Shown here in pieces: positions 1-12,660 of a stretch of DNA of 64,000 bases. Origin of the DNA: Sphyrna mokarran (taxonomy: Eukaryota). Position 1 is the stretch's first letter. Every line of letters begins with the position of its first letter. The notes below the pieces were generated by a model. It had not been told where the DNA came from. It did not search any database and was given only the letters and a program-made list of their open reading frames with translations. Location: positions 33,852,001 through 33,916,000 of the forward strand of contig JAGIQG010000020.1 of NCBI GenBank assembly GCA_024679065.1, in the 5' to 3' direction. Made by a program: the position numbers and the translations under genes.

Positions 1-2394
1 TGCTGTTCACTGCAGCTTCTGGCACTGCAAGGAGTAGAGAACTGCCAACCAATCAGTTTGGTGTGATTGGATAGCAGTTCACTAAGTCAGGGCTTCCTCC
101 TAACAAAGAGGATGAAGTTCTGTCTCCTGCCAATTAACAGTCATTATAGTGTGAAATGATTGCAGGGCAGTCAATATAGGCAGAAATACTTTTGCCGCCA
201 ATGGCGGGAAGGGAAACTCTAACATCCAAAATATCCTGGCTTTGAGAGTATCTCAAAACAGAGACACTCAGATGGTTGCAGAACATCTTCAAAGAAAAGT
301 CCAGAGCTGATGGGGCTATCAGTATAAAGGGGGAGCCAGTTCACAGAAATGACTATGGCTACACCTATGCATATTTTAGTTTTGAGGGTCCATCACTGGG
401 GATTTGAGAAGAGGCTCCGAACTGCCACAGGTGGTTACCTAACTCAGGACTCAGCGTGAAGTCCAGAAAAGTTCAGTGGGGGTGATATAATGGCCCTTGA
501 TTGGGGCCGGAATTGGATCAATTGATTGCTCATCTCTGTGAGCAGGCTGCTGATTCTCACAGGCAGTCCACACCAGAAAACCTACCTGGAGGCAAAAAGC
601 ATTATATTGCTTTCCTACTGATTCCCTTCCTGCAATTCTTGCTCCAAGGCCACTTCAATAGGGGTGCAGGGAAATTCAACACTTGATCTTAACAGGGAAG
701 GTCTATTTATTTGTATTAGCTTTGTATGTAGCAGATAACTTATCTCTCCGCCCCTTTTAAAAAAATCTACTTTATTGGAAAGTGGACAGACCAGTGCCTC
801 AACCACATAAAATGATTTCAAAGGTCTCAGCTTTACTTCTTGATTTGTCATTCAGGACTGCGGTTGGGAGAATCATAATGGGATTCCTTGTCCTAGGAGA
901 AGTAAATCTAACCTCCGTTTTCATTCCCAATTACTATGTCATGACTTGATATGAGTTTATGTGGATAATGGATGAAGATCAGAAGAGGTTCTGTTGGGAA
1001 GCTTTCCAACAGCACTAACAGGTAATGTCCATGAAAGCCATACACAATATCAGCAGTTTTCAGGAAAGAAATAGAAAACTGGAGGCAAATTAATTTTCTG
1101 TTGTCATGTATCATTTTAAAGTATATCGCCCAAGACAAGGAAAAAGCTGAATTTTGTCAATAACACTATATGCTGTTCAAACAGAGAGGTGATTCACCTT
1201 TCACTTTGGCCGACTATCCATTTGAGGTGTGTGGCGTATGGGGAAGTCTCTCCCTTTCTACAGAATCATAGAAACTTACAGCACAAAAAGAGGCCAGCAA
1301 TGTTTAATCCCACAGCTTTTCATCCATAAATTGCAAATTCCTCATCCTAAAGTATGTGTCTAACTTCCCTTTTAAATTATTTAGTTTAATCACATTTTCA
1401 GTTGCATCTTAACAACCAACAGTGTGAAAAAAGTTTCATTTCATCTCTTGAATTGCTTTCCCAGTGATTTTGAATCCATGACCTTCAGTTACTATCTCAG
1501 ATTTTGATAGAGTAAATCCAGTAGAAAATCTCTATTATATCAACTGATTGGGTCAGAATCTGAATTTATGTTCCATAATGTAGTGTTTATGTTTACTATC
1601 ATATTGTAATATCAGACATTTTCAGTCACACATAAAGAGAAAATTATACAGGTTCCCATTCAAAAAACAATGTTTTGGGTGAGATTGCACTGTTAATTAG
1701 AAGGAATGACAGTGCTGGGGAAATGTGATATTGTTAGCTTACTGTTATCTGATCTTGAGGCCAGATTGAAGAGGTGGAATGAAAGCATCTTAAATGATTT
1801 ACTATCAAGAGAAATTAGAAGAATATAATCATGTAGCACTGGAACCAAATGCAAGAGTATTTTCTGTCATGTTGGCACCCAGTCATTCAAGTCTGAACAA
1901 TTCCAAAGATTCTGGACAGGTGACACTAATTTAGTCAGAATTAGATATAGGATGGAATTTAGAGTCAGTGAGGAACACACCCTTGTCATCTACAGAAGCC
2001 CCTATTACACTCTGAAGAGTACTGATTGAAGCAGGACTTCCGCACTCACTTGGGAGGAAGTCCCACTTTGGACAGTCTCTCCAGGCATAAAACTGCAGTG
2101 AATGGAAGCGGAAGGAGGCTGTCTGGAACGATGTCCAGGGACTCAGGGGGCAAGAAATTGGCAGGGGGCTCAGGGTCAGGGACAGGGGTGGTCCATTGGT
2201 CACCAGGCCTTAAGGGGAGTGAGACTGTCCCAGTCAGAGGGACCTCCCCCTCCCCACCCCAACCATCCAAGATCAAACTTGTTTTCCAGCTGTAATTATT
2301 TACATAAATGAGCTTACTAATATTTTCACCAGTGCCAAATACAAAAATGGACCATCTTCTACAAACAACAATGCAAAATTGCATCTGAACTCAC

Positions 2395-2494
2395 CCCAGT
2401 GCTGACCAATGACAACATAATCCGTTCATTAAGGGCTAACGTTTCTCCCTGTTTCATCTTGATTCGCTTTTTATCTAAACACTTCATGGCATAC
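2395..2494 (-). CDS. GRK3: GRK3 coding exon (equivalent to exon 9), catalytic lysine
   Basis: 100-bp exon, tag/gtgagt. Translates (M)[33 protein letters not shown]. Phases of all seven exons are compatible. Confidence 0.97.
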
Positions 2495-3211
2495 CTATAA
2501 GTTGCAAACAAAAAAAAAGATAATTACACACACTGCCACACTACAGAGCATTATGATTCACTAGGATAAAAAGCACAGGCAGCCAGGTACAGATTCAAAG
2601 CAAAAGGAGGTGAGAAACTTGATCACAGTCAATTCCTTCACTATTCATACTCACACCTGAACATGCAACACAACAAAGTGCAAATTGCTTTCAACTATAA
2701 GCCAAAAATGACCCTCCCAGAACAAAATAATAAATTATTAAAACTATATTGATTTCTCCTCAGGGTGAGAAAAGCAAGGAAGGAAATGACATCTTTTTGG
2801 GATTGCGTCGGCTTTTACCATGGGAGGTTAGAACAGAGTAACCCTCCAAAGCAGGCTGCTGAACTCTGAAAGTACTAAGTACTACACGAGTCTGAGATTA
2901 TTATGCTGAAGCTGTATAGTGCTTTGATCAGGTTCCACTTGGAATAATGCTTACAGTTTCAGTCAATAAGGCACAATGGAAACACTGAAGATATGGATAC
3001 GGTGCAGAGAAGCACGTGATCAGACTTATTGCTAGTTTCAGAGCAACAACTTACAAAGCCAAAAAGCTCTGACTCTTCAGCTTTAAATGTGTATCTGAGA
3101 GGTGACAATATAAAGATGTATTTTAAATAGTAGGCAATCCTGAGCACTTTTTTAAAGTCAACCACAAATGCAAGACAAAAGAATATTAATTAAAAAATAT
3201 ACAAACTTTCA

Positions 3212-3507
3212 TTTTTTTTTCTTTTGTTTTTATTCCAATTCAATCCAATCAAGTCCAATTCAGTTGAGACACTCCCAATCCAAGCTGACAAGACAGGGCT
3301 CTCATCTTCTGTCTTAGGCTTGATCTACATGATTGAAGTAGGTATAGCTCCTCCTCCAAGGCTTGATCTTATTTGCATCTTAGTCAAAAGACTAAATGCT
3401 GCTTTTAAAAATTGCTTCAAATGAAGCTGAAACGTGACCTAATGACTTCAACCAAGCACAGCATGTTGAAACTACACTTGATCTTAGCCAAAAGGCCGAG
3501 AAGTGAC
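3212..3507 (-). mobile_element. U2 snRNA-headed short retroelement, copy 1
   Basis: 3471-3507 is the reverse complement of U2 nt 1-37 (35/37 match). It is followed by a ~260-bp non-U2 body, AATAAA and an A-rich tail. The body is shared with 7721-8015. Confidence 0.85.
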
Positions 3508-4902
3508 AATTATTACCAGTAGCACAAAGAATGATTAAAACCTGGAATGTTAGTTAAAGGAAATACTGGTTTCTAAGTCTTCTGCTCTCCCCCTAAGATC
3601 ATGCTGATCAGTTTTGTTGCCTAATTATGGGATGGAAGTATCACAAGATTATGAAATCAAAGTCCATGATTTTCCAAATTGTAACATTTCTACACGTATG
3701 GTTCATCACACAAAAGCTGAATTAGACATGCATTTTTTTAAACCATCAACTCTGGTGCAGTTAAATTGGATGGTAGAGGTACTAACTCTGATATTATGGG
3801 TGGATTATAGACTTTTTTTGTAAGCATCAGTTAGATTGACTGAATGGCATTCCTCATCTTTACTTAAGTTTCCAATCTTCTTAATTGGAGAAAAAGTTAC
3901 TATCTACAAATCTATAAAACATTTGTTTTTAAAAACTAGATTTTAAAAGCTAGTTTTCAATGTCTATATAGTTAGTGTTTATTTATTGATTTATTCTATT
4001 ACTGCAATTTTAATTGAATGCCAGGTAGCTATTTAAGCTCTTGTTCTGTTAGGAAAAGTCATACAATTTGACTGTACCAGAGTTGATGGTTTAAAAAAGA
4101 TGCAGTGTCTAATTCAGCTTTCATGTCATGAACCATACATGCAGAAGGGTAGAGGGTTTTAATGCAGTAGGGCAGCGAGGTCAGTGCAGGCTTGGAGGAT
4201 TGAAGGGCCTGTTCCTGTGCTATAATTTTCTTTGTTCTTTGTTTGTAAGAATGTTATAGTCTGAAAAGTTATGGACTTTGATTTCTTGTGATATTTCCAT
4301 CCCATAATTAGGCAGTAAGAACTGATCAGCATGATTTTAAGGGGAGAAGCAGAAAACTTAGAAACCAGTTTTTCCTTTAACCAAGATGAATCCTTGTGAC
4401 CCTTCTCTGCTCAGTAGACTGGAGTCATAACTGGCAAAACCTCTTTCCTCAGCCAAAAGACATGACGATACAGAGTTTCTAACCGCTACATGACCTTCCA
4501 ACTAAAAACACAGGGTAATCCATGTTACAGCAACCCCAACAGCAGTTAGTTTAAATCTCTGGGCACCAAATAGAGGAATGCTTGTTTGTCTGTAATTGTT
4601 TTCAATTTTCTCTTCCCTGCCCTCTCTCCAAATTAACTTCCCACAATTACACTCTTTGTTATACAATTGGACATTTCATTGATTGCAATCAGTGGTATAG
4701 TGGGAAATTTTGAGGTGCAGGAGCTTTAAGAACATGCATTGAGCATATCATTTCTAAATGTACTATCACATTATTTTCCTTAATATTAATCATTTCAGGT
4801 CCCATAAATCAGTAACCTGTGCTTTTAAGTGAAAAATATTAGTGTTGGTAAGTATAGGCATTTTATTTTGAATCATTAGTCTTTGGCGTTTAAGCAGTGT
4901 TT

Positions 4903-5990
4903 TACAGGCTGAGCATCGATTATGCGAAATCCTCAGGGCTGACTGTATTTCAGATCATTTTGGTTTTTGGATAGTACAGATAGGAGTAAGCCTAATAACA
5001 TTACAATAGCCTAAGCCTAGGCTGACTATAGTTCAAAATTAATAAAATTGCTGGAAAAGTAAGATGCATCACAGAATAATAAATGCAGGATATCTGTATT
5101 AGGTCCCCACCTATGGCATCATCTTTGATTCTGTTTGTAGGAGAGGGTTCAGAGTCAATTTACTCTGATGGGAGACTTATTGGATAGTTCTTTCAGCTTC
5201 ATCTGCACCAACATTGTATTTTGTTTCATAACATTGGATTTTATTTTTTGGATTGACATTTCTAACTCACTTTTGAATGCACATTGTTCCAATGCATCTA
5301 TTAACCCATTACACATCTTAATGATATGGACTTAGCTACTTTCTCCACCAGATTCACCATGTCATCCTTATCATTACTGTTTTTGTAACTTACATTTAAT
5401 GACCTAAAAATTGCCTTGATCCATTGGCTGAATTAATACCTTTATGTTGGACAGGGTGTGTAGGCACAGTAAACAGCAAAAACATTGTTCTTCAAGAAGG
5501 GTTTGGCAGGGCAACATGCTTAACAGTTGTTCAAGAGCAACATAATATAACTGATTTTAATTACTTTGCATCTCTATGTACAGTCAAACTTCATCTTCAA
5601 GCACACATTCAGGCCTTGGGCCACGTTCAGCAGAACATCACTGCTGCAAAGACAGTAAGGAGTCACCAATTTTCAGCTACCTCCTCAGATCTTCACAGCT
5701 TCTTTCAAGCCCACTTTGCAGCTCTCTTTAACGTTAGAACTACTTCTAAATATTCTGGGACCCATCTCTTCTCCGCCATGCTGCGTCCTGCTCTGTGGGC
5801 CATCTCTGAGCTTCTGCTCAGGTAACCTGACCTGTACTTTCACAATGTTTGGGCCCTTCAATTCTTTATATTGTGCAAGCATAAGGCTATCCCCTGGCCC
5901 AAGGAACAACAAAAGATAAACTGTGCCAGCCAATGCATGTGCAAAAGACCTAACAATCACAAACTGCCAGAAGAATTGTGGTTCCATGGC
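4903..5990 (-). mobile_element. Fossil Tigger/pogo DNA transposon
   Basis: TA followed by CAGGCTGAGCATCGATTATGCGAAAT resembles Tigger4/MER46-type TIRs. DDE_1 motifs on the minus strand: LIQPMDQG (5413-5436) and LLL(N)NC (5523-5540). Right boundary approximate. Confidence 0.7.
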
Positions 5991-7067
5991 AGCTGTGCCA
6001 AGTTCTGGGTGTGATCCCTGAGCTCAAGGTCCATTGAGTCTGTTCAGAGTGAGGTGGACTGACTTCTGGGCTGTTCACTGTGGGAGTGAGTGAGGAAGAG
6101 GAGTGGGAGTGAGTGAGGAGAAGGAGTAGGAGTGAGTGAGTACCTCCATCTGGGGTTGAGAAGAGTCAAGACTGTCTGAAAGGTGAGATTGAGTCTAGGC
6201 TGTCTGGGGTGATTCTTAGCTGTCCAAGGTAGGGGCGAGTCAGGGTTGTCTGGGGTTTTTTCAGGGGGAGGAGAGTTAGGATTGTTTGGGGTTTGTAGGA
6301 GGATGGGCTTTGTGGGGTTGGCGATGAGAAACTGGGATTATCCAGGAGGAATTGGGCTGTCATCCGTTGGAAGATAAGGTGCAGGAGAAACACTCCAGCA
6401 TGCTCCAGCAGCATTACACCACTGATTGCAGTCAAGAAGCTAGTGAGGAAACAAATGTGTCACCCTAAAGAACACAGAAGTTTCTAACAAATCATTTTTT
6501 TGGTCGACAGAATCTATTGTGCAGGGATCAATGAAATACCATCTTTCCTGTGCAAAAGGTCTACAATTAGGTAAATATAACAATATATTTACAATGTTAG
6601 ACTATTTTTCCTTAGATACCTGTATATAAATTTCAGGCCTCTAACTTGAAACAAACGTTCAGCTAACAACCTAAACCACAAACTTAAAGTATATCATCCG
6701 ATAGTATTGGCTGCTTATTGATAGCTTCAGCTTCCTACCATACAGCTACATAAAATTTTCACTCATAGATGTTCAAACACTGCTGGTTCTCAATCTCTGC
6801 TGAGTTGTCAAATGCAAAATGTAGAACCAATATGAAGGTGGAAGAGCAGCAAGGGATAATTCTAAAATTGTAACCATGGCACCATTTATGCTTTTGTTCA
6901 TGCTGCGGCAGATGGTGAAACAGTGGTAGCCACAGGTCTGTGAGCAGATTATTTTTTGACTCCTCAAATGGGAATCAGAAAAGACTGCTTGTAGAGAGAA
7001 GAAATGTTTCAAAGCTTGTCCACAACAGCTTCAGGGTATGTTCTAATCTATGTATTATTTTTGATAG

Positions 7068-7322
7068 ACGGCACAGTGGCAGGGACCCGGGTTCGATTCT
7101 TACCTTCAGTGACCGTCTGCGTAGTACGTGCAGATTTTCCCAGTGTTTATGTGGGGTTCCTCTGGGTATACCAGTTTCTTCCCACATTCCAAAGATGCGC
7201 AAGGTATATGGATTAGCTATGGTAAATACGAGGTAACACAGATATGGCAGAGGGTTGGATCAACCTGAGTTGCTCTTTTGGAGAGGCCGGATGGCCTCCT
7301 TCTGCACTGTTGGGATTCTATG
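7068..7322 (+). mobile_element. HE1-like tRNA-derived V-SINE
   Basis: Box B GGTTCGATTC, V-domain (gtttcttcccacattccaaagatg) and CR1-type tail ending ttctatg. Confidence 0.75.
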
Positions 7323-7566
7323 GACACTCGAGCCCATACATTACTTTTTAAGCAACGCAGTTCCACTTGTATATTATTCTGTATTTAATGCAGGGCAACC
7401 TGTATTTTAATCTTCTGTAATAACTTCAGCCTAGATATTATTCAGTCACACACTACTGTCCCCCTATATTCCTCCATGTAATACACCACAATTACTGTGC
7501 TATACTGTTATGTCAGCATACAGAAGTAAACGTGGAACTAAATAGTGAAAGTAGGAATAAAATTAC

Positions 7567-7658
7567 ATTTTTCCAGTATCAGCTTTCCTGCATCCATATA
7601 CTTCGCCGAATCCTCCCCTTCCGATTATTCGATGTACACTGAAGTCATTCATTGTTAG
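7567..7658 (-). CDS. GRK3: GRK3 coding exon (equivalent to exon 8), start of kinase domain with P-loop
   Basis: 92-bp exon, cag/gtaatt. Translates [30 protein letters not shown](M), containing GxGxxG. Confidence 0.97.
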
Positions 7659-7720
7659 CTGCAAAGTAAATGAAATATCATTATTCCTATATACTGAATG
7701 GCCAAAACACACTGGCATGC

Positions 7721-8015
7721 TTTTTTAAAATTTTTATTCCAATTCAATCAAGTCCAATTCGGAATTGAGGCATTCTAGATCCAAGCTGACAAGACAGGAT
7801 TCTCACCTCCTGTCTTGGGCTTGATCTATATGATCCAAGCAGATTGGAATAGGCATTGCTCCTCCTCAAACGTGATCTCATTTGCATCTTAGTCAAAGGG
7901 CCAAGATACCACTTTTAAAAATTGCTTCAAATGAAGCTAAAATGTAACTAATGAATTCAACCAAATGCAGCATGTTGATATACAGTTGAGCTTAGCCAAA
8001 AGGCTGGCAGGCTAT
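7721..8015 (-). mobile_element. U2 snRNA-headed short retroelement, copy 2
   Basis: Collinear with 3212-3507 over its whole length. U2 head is degenerate (tacagttgagcttagccaaaaggc on +); AATAAA and A tail present. Confidence 0.8.
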
Positions 8016-9824
8016 TAAATAGGTACAATCCCAGCAACAATCGTAGTCAGAAAATGTTCATAAATTTGTTTGTTTTGCTCAGACGTTCTTTTAAAGTGAA
8101 CTTGCACTTACTCTCTCAGAACATACTACTGCAATATGTAATCTAAGACAGAAGTTGTTACTTTATGAGCTAATGCAAAAAAGAAAGATTAACACTGGAA
8201 GTTATACAAGGCAGGGTATTACTTCCTACGTAGCGCAAATGGTACGACTTCAAGAAATGTCATGGGGCACAAAATATAACTTTGGAAGAGAAAGTAGAAT
8301 AGAAGCTGATATTACGAGGGAAGCAAGTAAAACAATGTGAAAGGCAACAAATTAATTGTTGATTCAGATAAGTTGGTGATTCTTGCTGATTTGCTGTCGC
8401 TACCTCAGCAATAAGACCAAAGATATGGCAGAGGGAAGCATAAATTATGGCAGACCATTGTCCAATTACAACATTACTTGAATACACTTCCACTTCCTAA
8501 ACGCTTCAATAAATACAAATATTATTCCCTGCAGCTGCAATCAATGGGCAAGGTTTACAGCAACATCAAAAAATCTGGCTTTATGCTAAATTCAATTAAA
8601 GGTGTAGCTTAGTTGTGTGCATCTAATGTGACTCCCTCCCACAGGCTGGGACAGGCATAAGTAATTACAATTTCATGCAAAAAAAATCTGAATCCACATT
8701 GTCGTAATTTTGTTATGGTAGCTTTTTATTTACCTGCCCGACGGGAGAAATATTCATTTGGATCACACAATATGAGATTTAATTTCAGGGCGCAGGTCGG
8801 TATGGCCATGAGCTGCAAATAGCAATTTAATCAACTTCAAGGACAGTGTTGCAGTGAACTTCACATCCAGAACAGGGCATTCTGAATTAGCTTACCAGCT
8901 CTAGGCTTGTACAACAGCAGACAACTTTAATCTTAAAGAATAAGGAAGAGCATTCTTGCTTCTTTTGGCCTATGTGAATAATTTTTAGCACTTATTAGAA
9001 CTGATTGTGACTGATTAAATGAGTAGAGTTGCTATGATAAATTCTCTTCCCTATAGTCTGTTACAATGTTATTGCTGTGTTACATACATCATTGGACCCC
9101 ATTTTATACAAGATTTAGGTGAACCCTCAGCTGCCTACAAAAACGTTAAGTGTTAATCAGGGAGCAGAGGGGAAGTAAAGTGAGTCAGTTCATCATTGAG
9201 ATTTGCCTCAGTTACAATCTGGTTTCAGTTGGGTAAAATTGGTCTCATATAGCTGCTTGCTATTGCAATTATTTAAATCAAATATTAATGCTTGTGAGAC
9301 TTTCTGATTGTATTATTTAGGTTGTAACTAATTGCTAAACCTCTGTGCTTGCATGTTGTGAAATAAAGTACATCATAGAAAAGATATTTTATTTGAGGGA
9401 AACATAAATTACATTTATCACAGATTAACAGGAAGCAGTTATTACAGGGTCAATCTTTTATATTTTTTAGTGATAGCAGTTATAAGCAATAAGTATTCTG
9501 TTTCAGTGTAATACTGAGATAATTATTTGAAAAGATTACTTATGTAATCAATAATGGAATAATCATAACCCATGTGTCATTAGAAACTGGTATTAAAAAC
9601 TTGTATTTATATATAGAAAAGTATAGAAAAGTACATTGAAGTATATGGAATATTAGTGAATGATAGAAGTAATTATAGTATAATAGAGCAATTCGGTGAT
9701 CCAAGCCAAGTTGTTCATGCACTTACGTAGATATTTACACATGCTTAATTGACAGATTTACACAGTTAACAAAACCTGCACCTCTTGTGTCAGAGGGATA
9801 TATTTTCAAGCCCAGCGAATTGGA

Positions 9825-10135
9825 TATATAATTTAGGCTGAAATTTTTGAGTAGTACTGAAGAAGCGTTAGCATTGTTAGAAGTTCCAATCCTTTAATTT
9901 GAGACAAGATTCTGGAGTTTTGGAGCAGACATTAAAGATCCATTAAAGATGAGCAGGAAGTTCTCTTGATGACCTAACATTCTTACATTAAGCAGTATCA
10001 TAAAAAAACTCATTCATCTTATTATTTCTTATGGGATCTTGCTGTGCACCTAAGGCTACTTTGTTTCCCCATTTAAGGTAACACATTAAATGTAAACTGC
10101 TTTCAAATATTTCTTAAATATACAATAATAACTAC
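9825..10135 (+). mobile_element. Degenerate DeuSINE (SacSINE/AmnSINE-like)
   Basis: Deu-domain-like motifs attaaagatcc and tgggatcttgctgtgc. Confidence 0.5.
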
Positions 10136-10814
10136 AATCCTTTCTTTCATAAAATGTTTAACCAAACTTTATAGCATCTTGGTCTTGATATGCCTTGGGT
10201 GCTCTCTTGATTCAGTGGTATCTTGGCTAATACAATCATCAGCACTGGACACCCATTTCATAACATTCTTTGAGCACTACCATTCTGTTGTGGGATCAGA
10301 TGTGCATTAACAATTGCGTTTACAAGTGTTTTGGCCTTATTGCAAAATACTCATGAAAATGGCCAGATCTCTTCTCTAGGAGTAAACTAATGAACAAAGT
10401 CTCAGCAAAGGTACATTTCATCCTGGGAAAAATGATTAGCTCTAAGACTAGGAACAGTCCAATGGCAAACACATTAATTCAAGAATGTTTTCAAATGAGT
10501 GAATTCAAAATCGTGTTCCTGCAGGACAATGGGTTGTCAAATCTTTTTCCAGAAAAGGCTATAATCCCACAGAAATTTTATAGGTTGCCATTCAATCCGT
10601 CATTTCTGTGCTGACTCTCCAAATGTACAATTCACTTTACGCCATTCCCCTGCCATCTCCCTGTAACCCAGAACACTCTTCCATTTCCGATAACAATCCA
10701 ATTTCCTCTTGAATCCCTTGATCAAACTTGCCTCCTTCACAGGTTCAGATAGTGCATTCCAGATCCTACACATTTCCTGCATGAAAAGGTTTTTCCTCAA
10801 GTTTCCACTACTTC

Positions 10815-11475
10815 TTTTATCATTAATTGCAGGGCATCTTGTACACAGTACACACTATTGCCTCTGTTTATCAGTGGTGGAGGGAGTGAGCGAGCGCCAA
10901 AGGTTGTGGATTGGGTGCCAATAAAGCAGACTGCTTTGTTCTGGATGGTGTTGAGTTCCTTGAGTATAGGTGAAGCCACAATAACCCAGGCAAGTAGAGG
11001 CTATTACATCACAATCCTGACTTTTTCTGCCTTGAGATGGTGAATAGGCTTTGGGGAGTCAAAAGGAATAATTTATTTACCACAAAATTCCCAGCTTCTT
11101 ACCTACTCTTCTAGTCACAATATATATGTGGCTGGTCCAGTTCAGTGTCTGGTCAATGGCAATCCCCAGAATACTGATAGAAGGGTATTCAACAATGGTG
11201 ATGCCAGAGAATATCAAGGGCAGTGATTAGATTTTCTCTTATTGAAAACAGTCATTGCCTGGCACTTCGTTGCACAAATGTTACTTGCAATTTATCTTAC
11301 CAAGCTTGAATATTGTCCAAGTCTTGCTATGTATAGACACAAACTGCTTCAGTTTCTGAGGAGTCATAAAATATGCAGAATATTGTGCAATCATGCATAA
11401 ACATTCCCACTTCTGACTTTATGAGGAACAGAAAGTTATTGATAAAGTAGTTGAGGATAGTTGGGCTAATGTCAA
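10815..11475 (-). mobile_element. LINE (CR1/L2 group) RT 3' fragment
   Basis: Remnant translation ELNTIQNKAVCFIG; homologous to 24670-26030. Confidence 0.65.
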
Positions 11476-12660
11476 GAAAGCCCAAGAAACAGTAATATTT
11501 TTCTGCTGACAATATTCTTGTCATCTTTTGAACTGTTGGGTATGTGCGACTGGTGATTGAAGCAACAGACAGCTTGACTGTGAGAATCTGAAACAACAAT
11601 GTGTGTTTTATATGGTAATGAGCATGGAAGGACTTCGAACAGGTGTTTATATAAGGCAGCAAGGTAGATTTGAACAGATTGTGGTTCAAAGAAGAACATA
11701 CACAGGTTGTAAAAAAAAGTGTCAATAAGTGAAAGTCAGTACAGAGTGAGTGAGAAATACTACGTATGCTTATCTCTGCTTCAGTCTATGCAACGACTTC
11801 ATTTTAAGATGTTGCTGCCTTTGCAATTACATTTAAATGCTATACAGTAGGGGTTAACTAACGCTGGCTTCACTACATTTTAAAACTCAAAAGGAATGCT
11901 GGGTTAGCTAAAAATTGACTGCACTCTTGAAGCGTACACAGCGGGCAAACTGCAACAGCAAGGACTTGTTCCTCTAGACAGAGACAGCTTGTGGAAAACA
12001 TTTCCAATAACGAGATATCTGTTGAGATATGCTGTTGATTTTGGTGTATGTTTGTGCGGTGTGTTTGAGAAATCAGTGTGTTCAAGTCTCAGTACAGTGG
12101 CTGGCTGTAAAAGCTAGCCCCAAGTTTGTTTTTCTCCCCCACTTTTGTCATGTTAATTTTAATTTCTATTCAATAAAAGAAAACCATTTCAAAACCATGT
12201 ACCAGTGCTGTCCCTTGTCTCTTCAAGGGAGTGAATGGACGCAAGAGAGAGTTTACTTTTCTTCAGGCAATAAAAAAAAACGTATGTTATGTGACACTGA
12301 AAGCTTTGTGGGTAACTGTTTTAAATCTTAGCAGACAGCCGTAATAGCTGGTCAACTAAACAGTGTGAACAAAGTCAGATCTGAAGAACCAGCTCTGTAA
12401 ACATCAGAAGACACCCCAAGAGAAATTAAAGGTCCTGTGTGGTAGAAATTACTGGATTTTCATTAATTTTGAAATCTACAACAAGTTGCTAGACAGGTAA
12501 GGGGGAGGTTAGCTCTGAAGGTAATTAAATTAAGATTGTCTGGGAATGTTTTAAGATATCATTACTATATGAAACAATTATTGTTTTTAAGTGTAATTCC
12601 CTTTTTATTTAATATCATCACAATATATCACTATAAAATCATCAAATAGTCAGATGCATT

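Noticed and set aside
908-1138. Candidate GRK3 exon 10 (IVYGFH resembles YAFH)
   Set aside because: Does not match [27 protein letters not shown]; exon 10 must lie outside the window.
1931-2384. Overlapping Pro/Gly-rich ORFs next to exon 9
   Set aside because: They match no GRK sequence. Read-through from exon 9 stops after 11 codons, and local GC richness explains the open frames.
3471-3507. Functional U2 snRNA gene
   Set aside because: Only nt 1-37 are present. There is no Sm site, no 3' stem-loops and no evident PSE, and it is fused to a repeated poly(A)-tailed body.
6080-6140. GA-rich 23-bp repeat, three units (a ~20-bp triplet also at 45660-45722)
   Set aside because: Ordinary short tandem duplications with no further structure.
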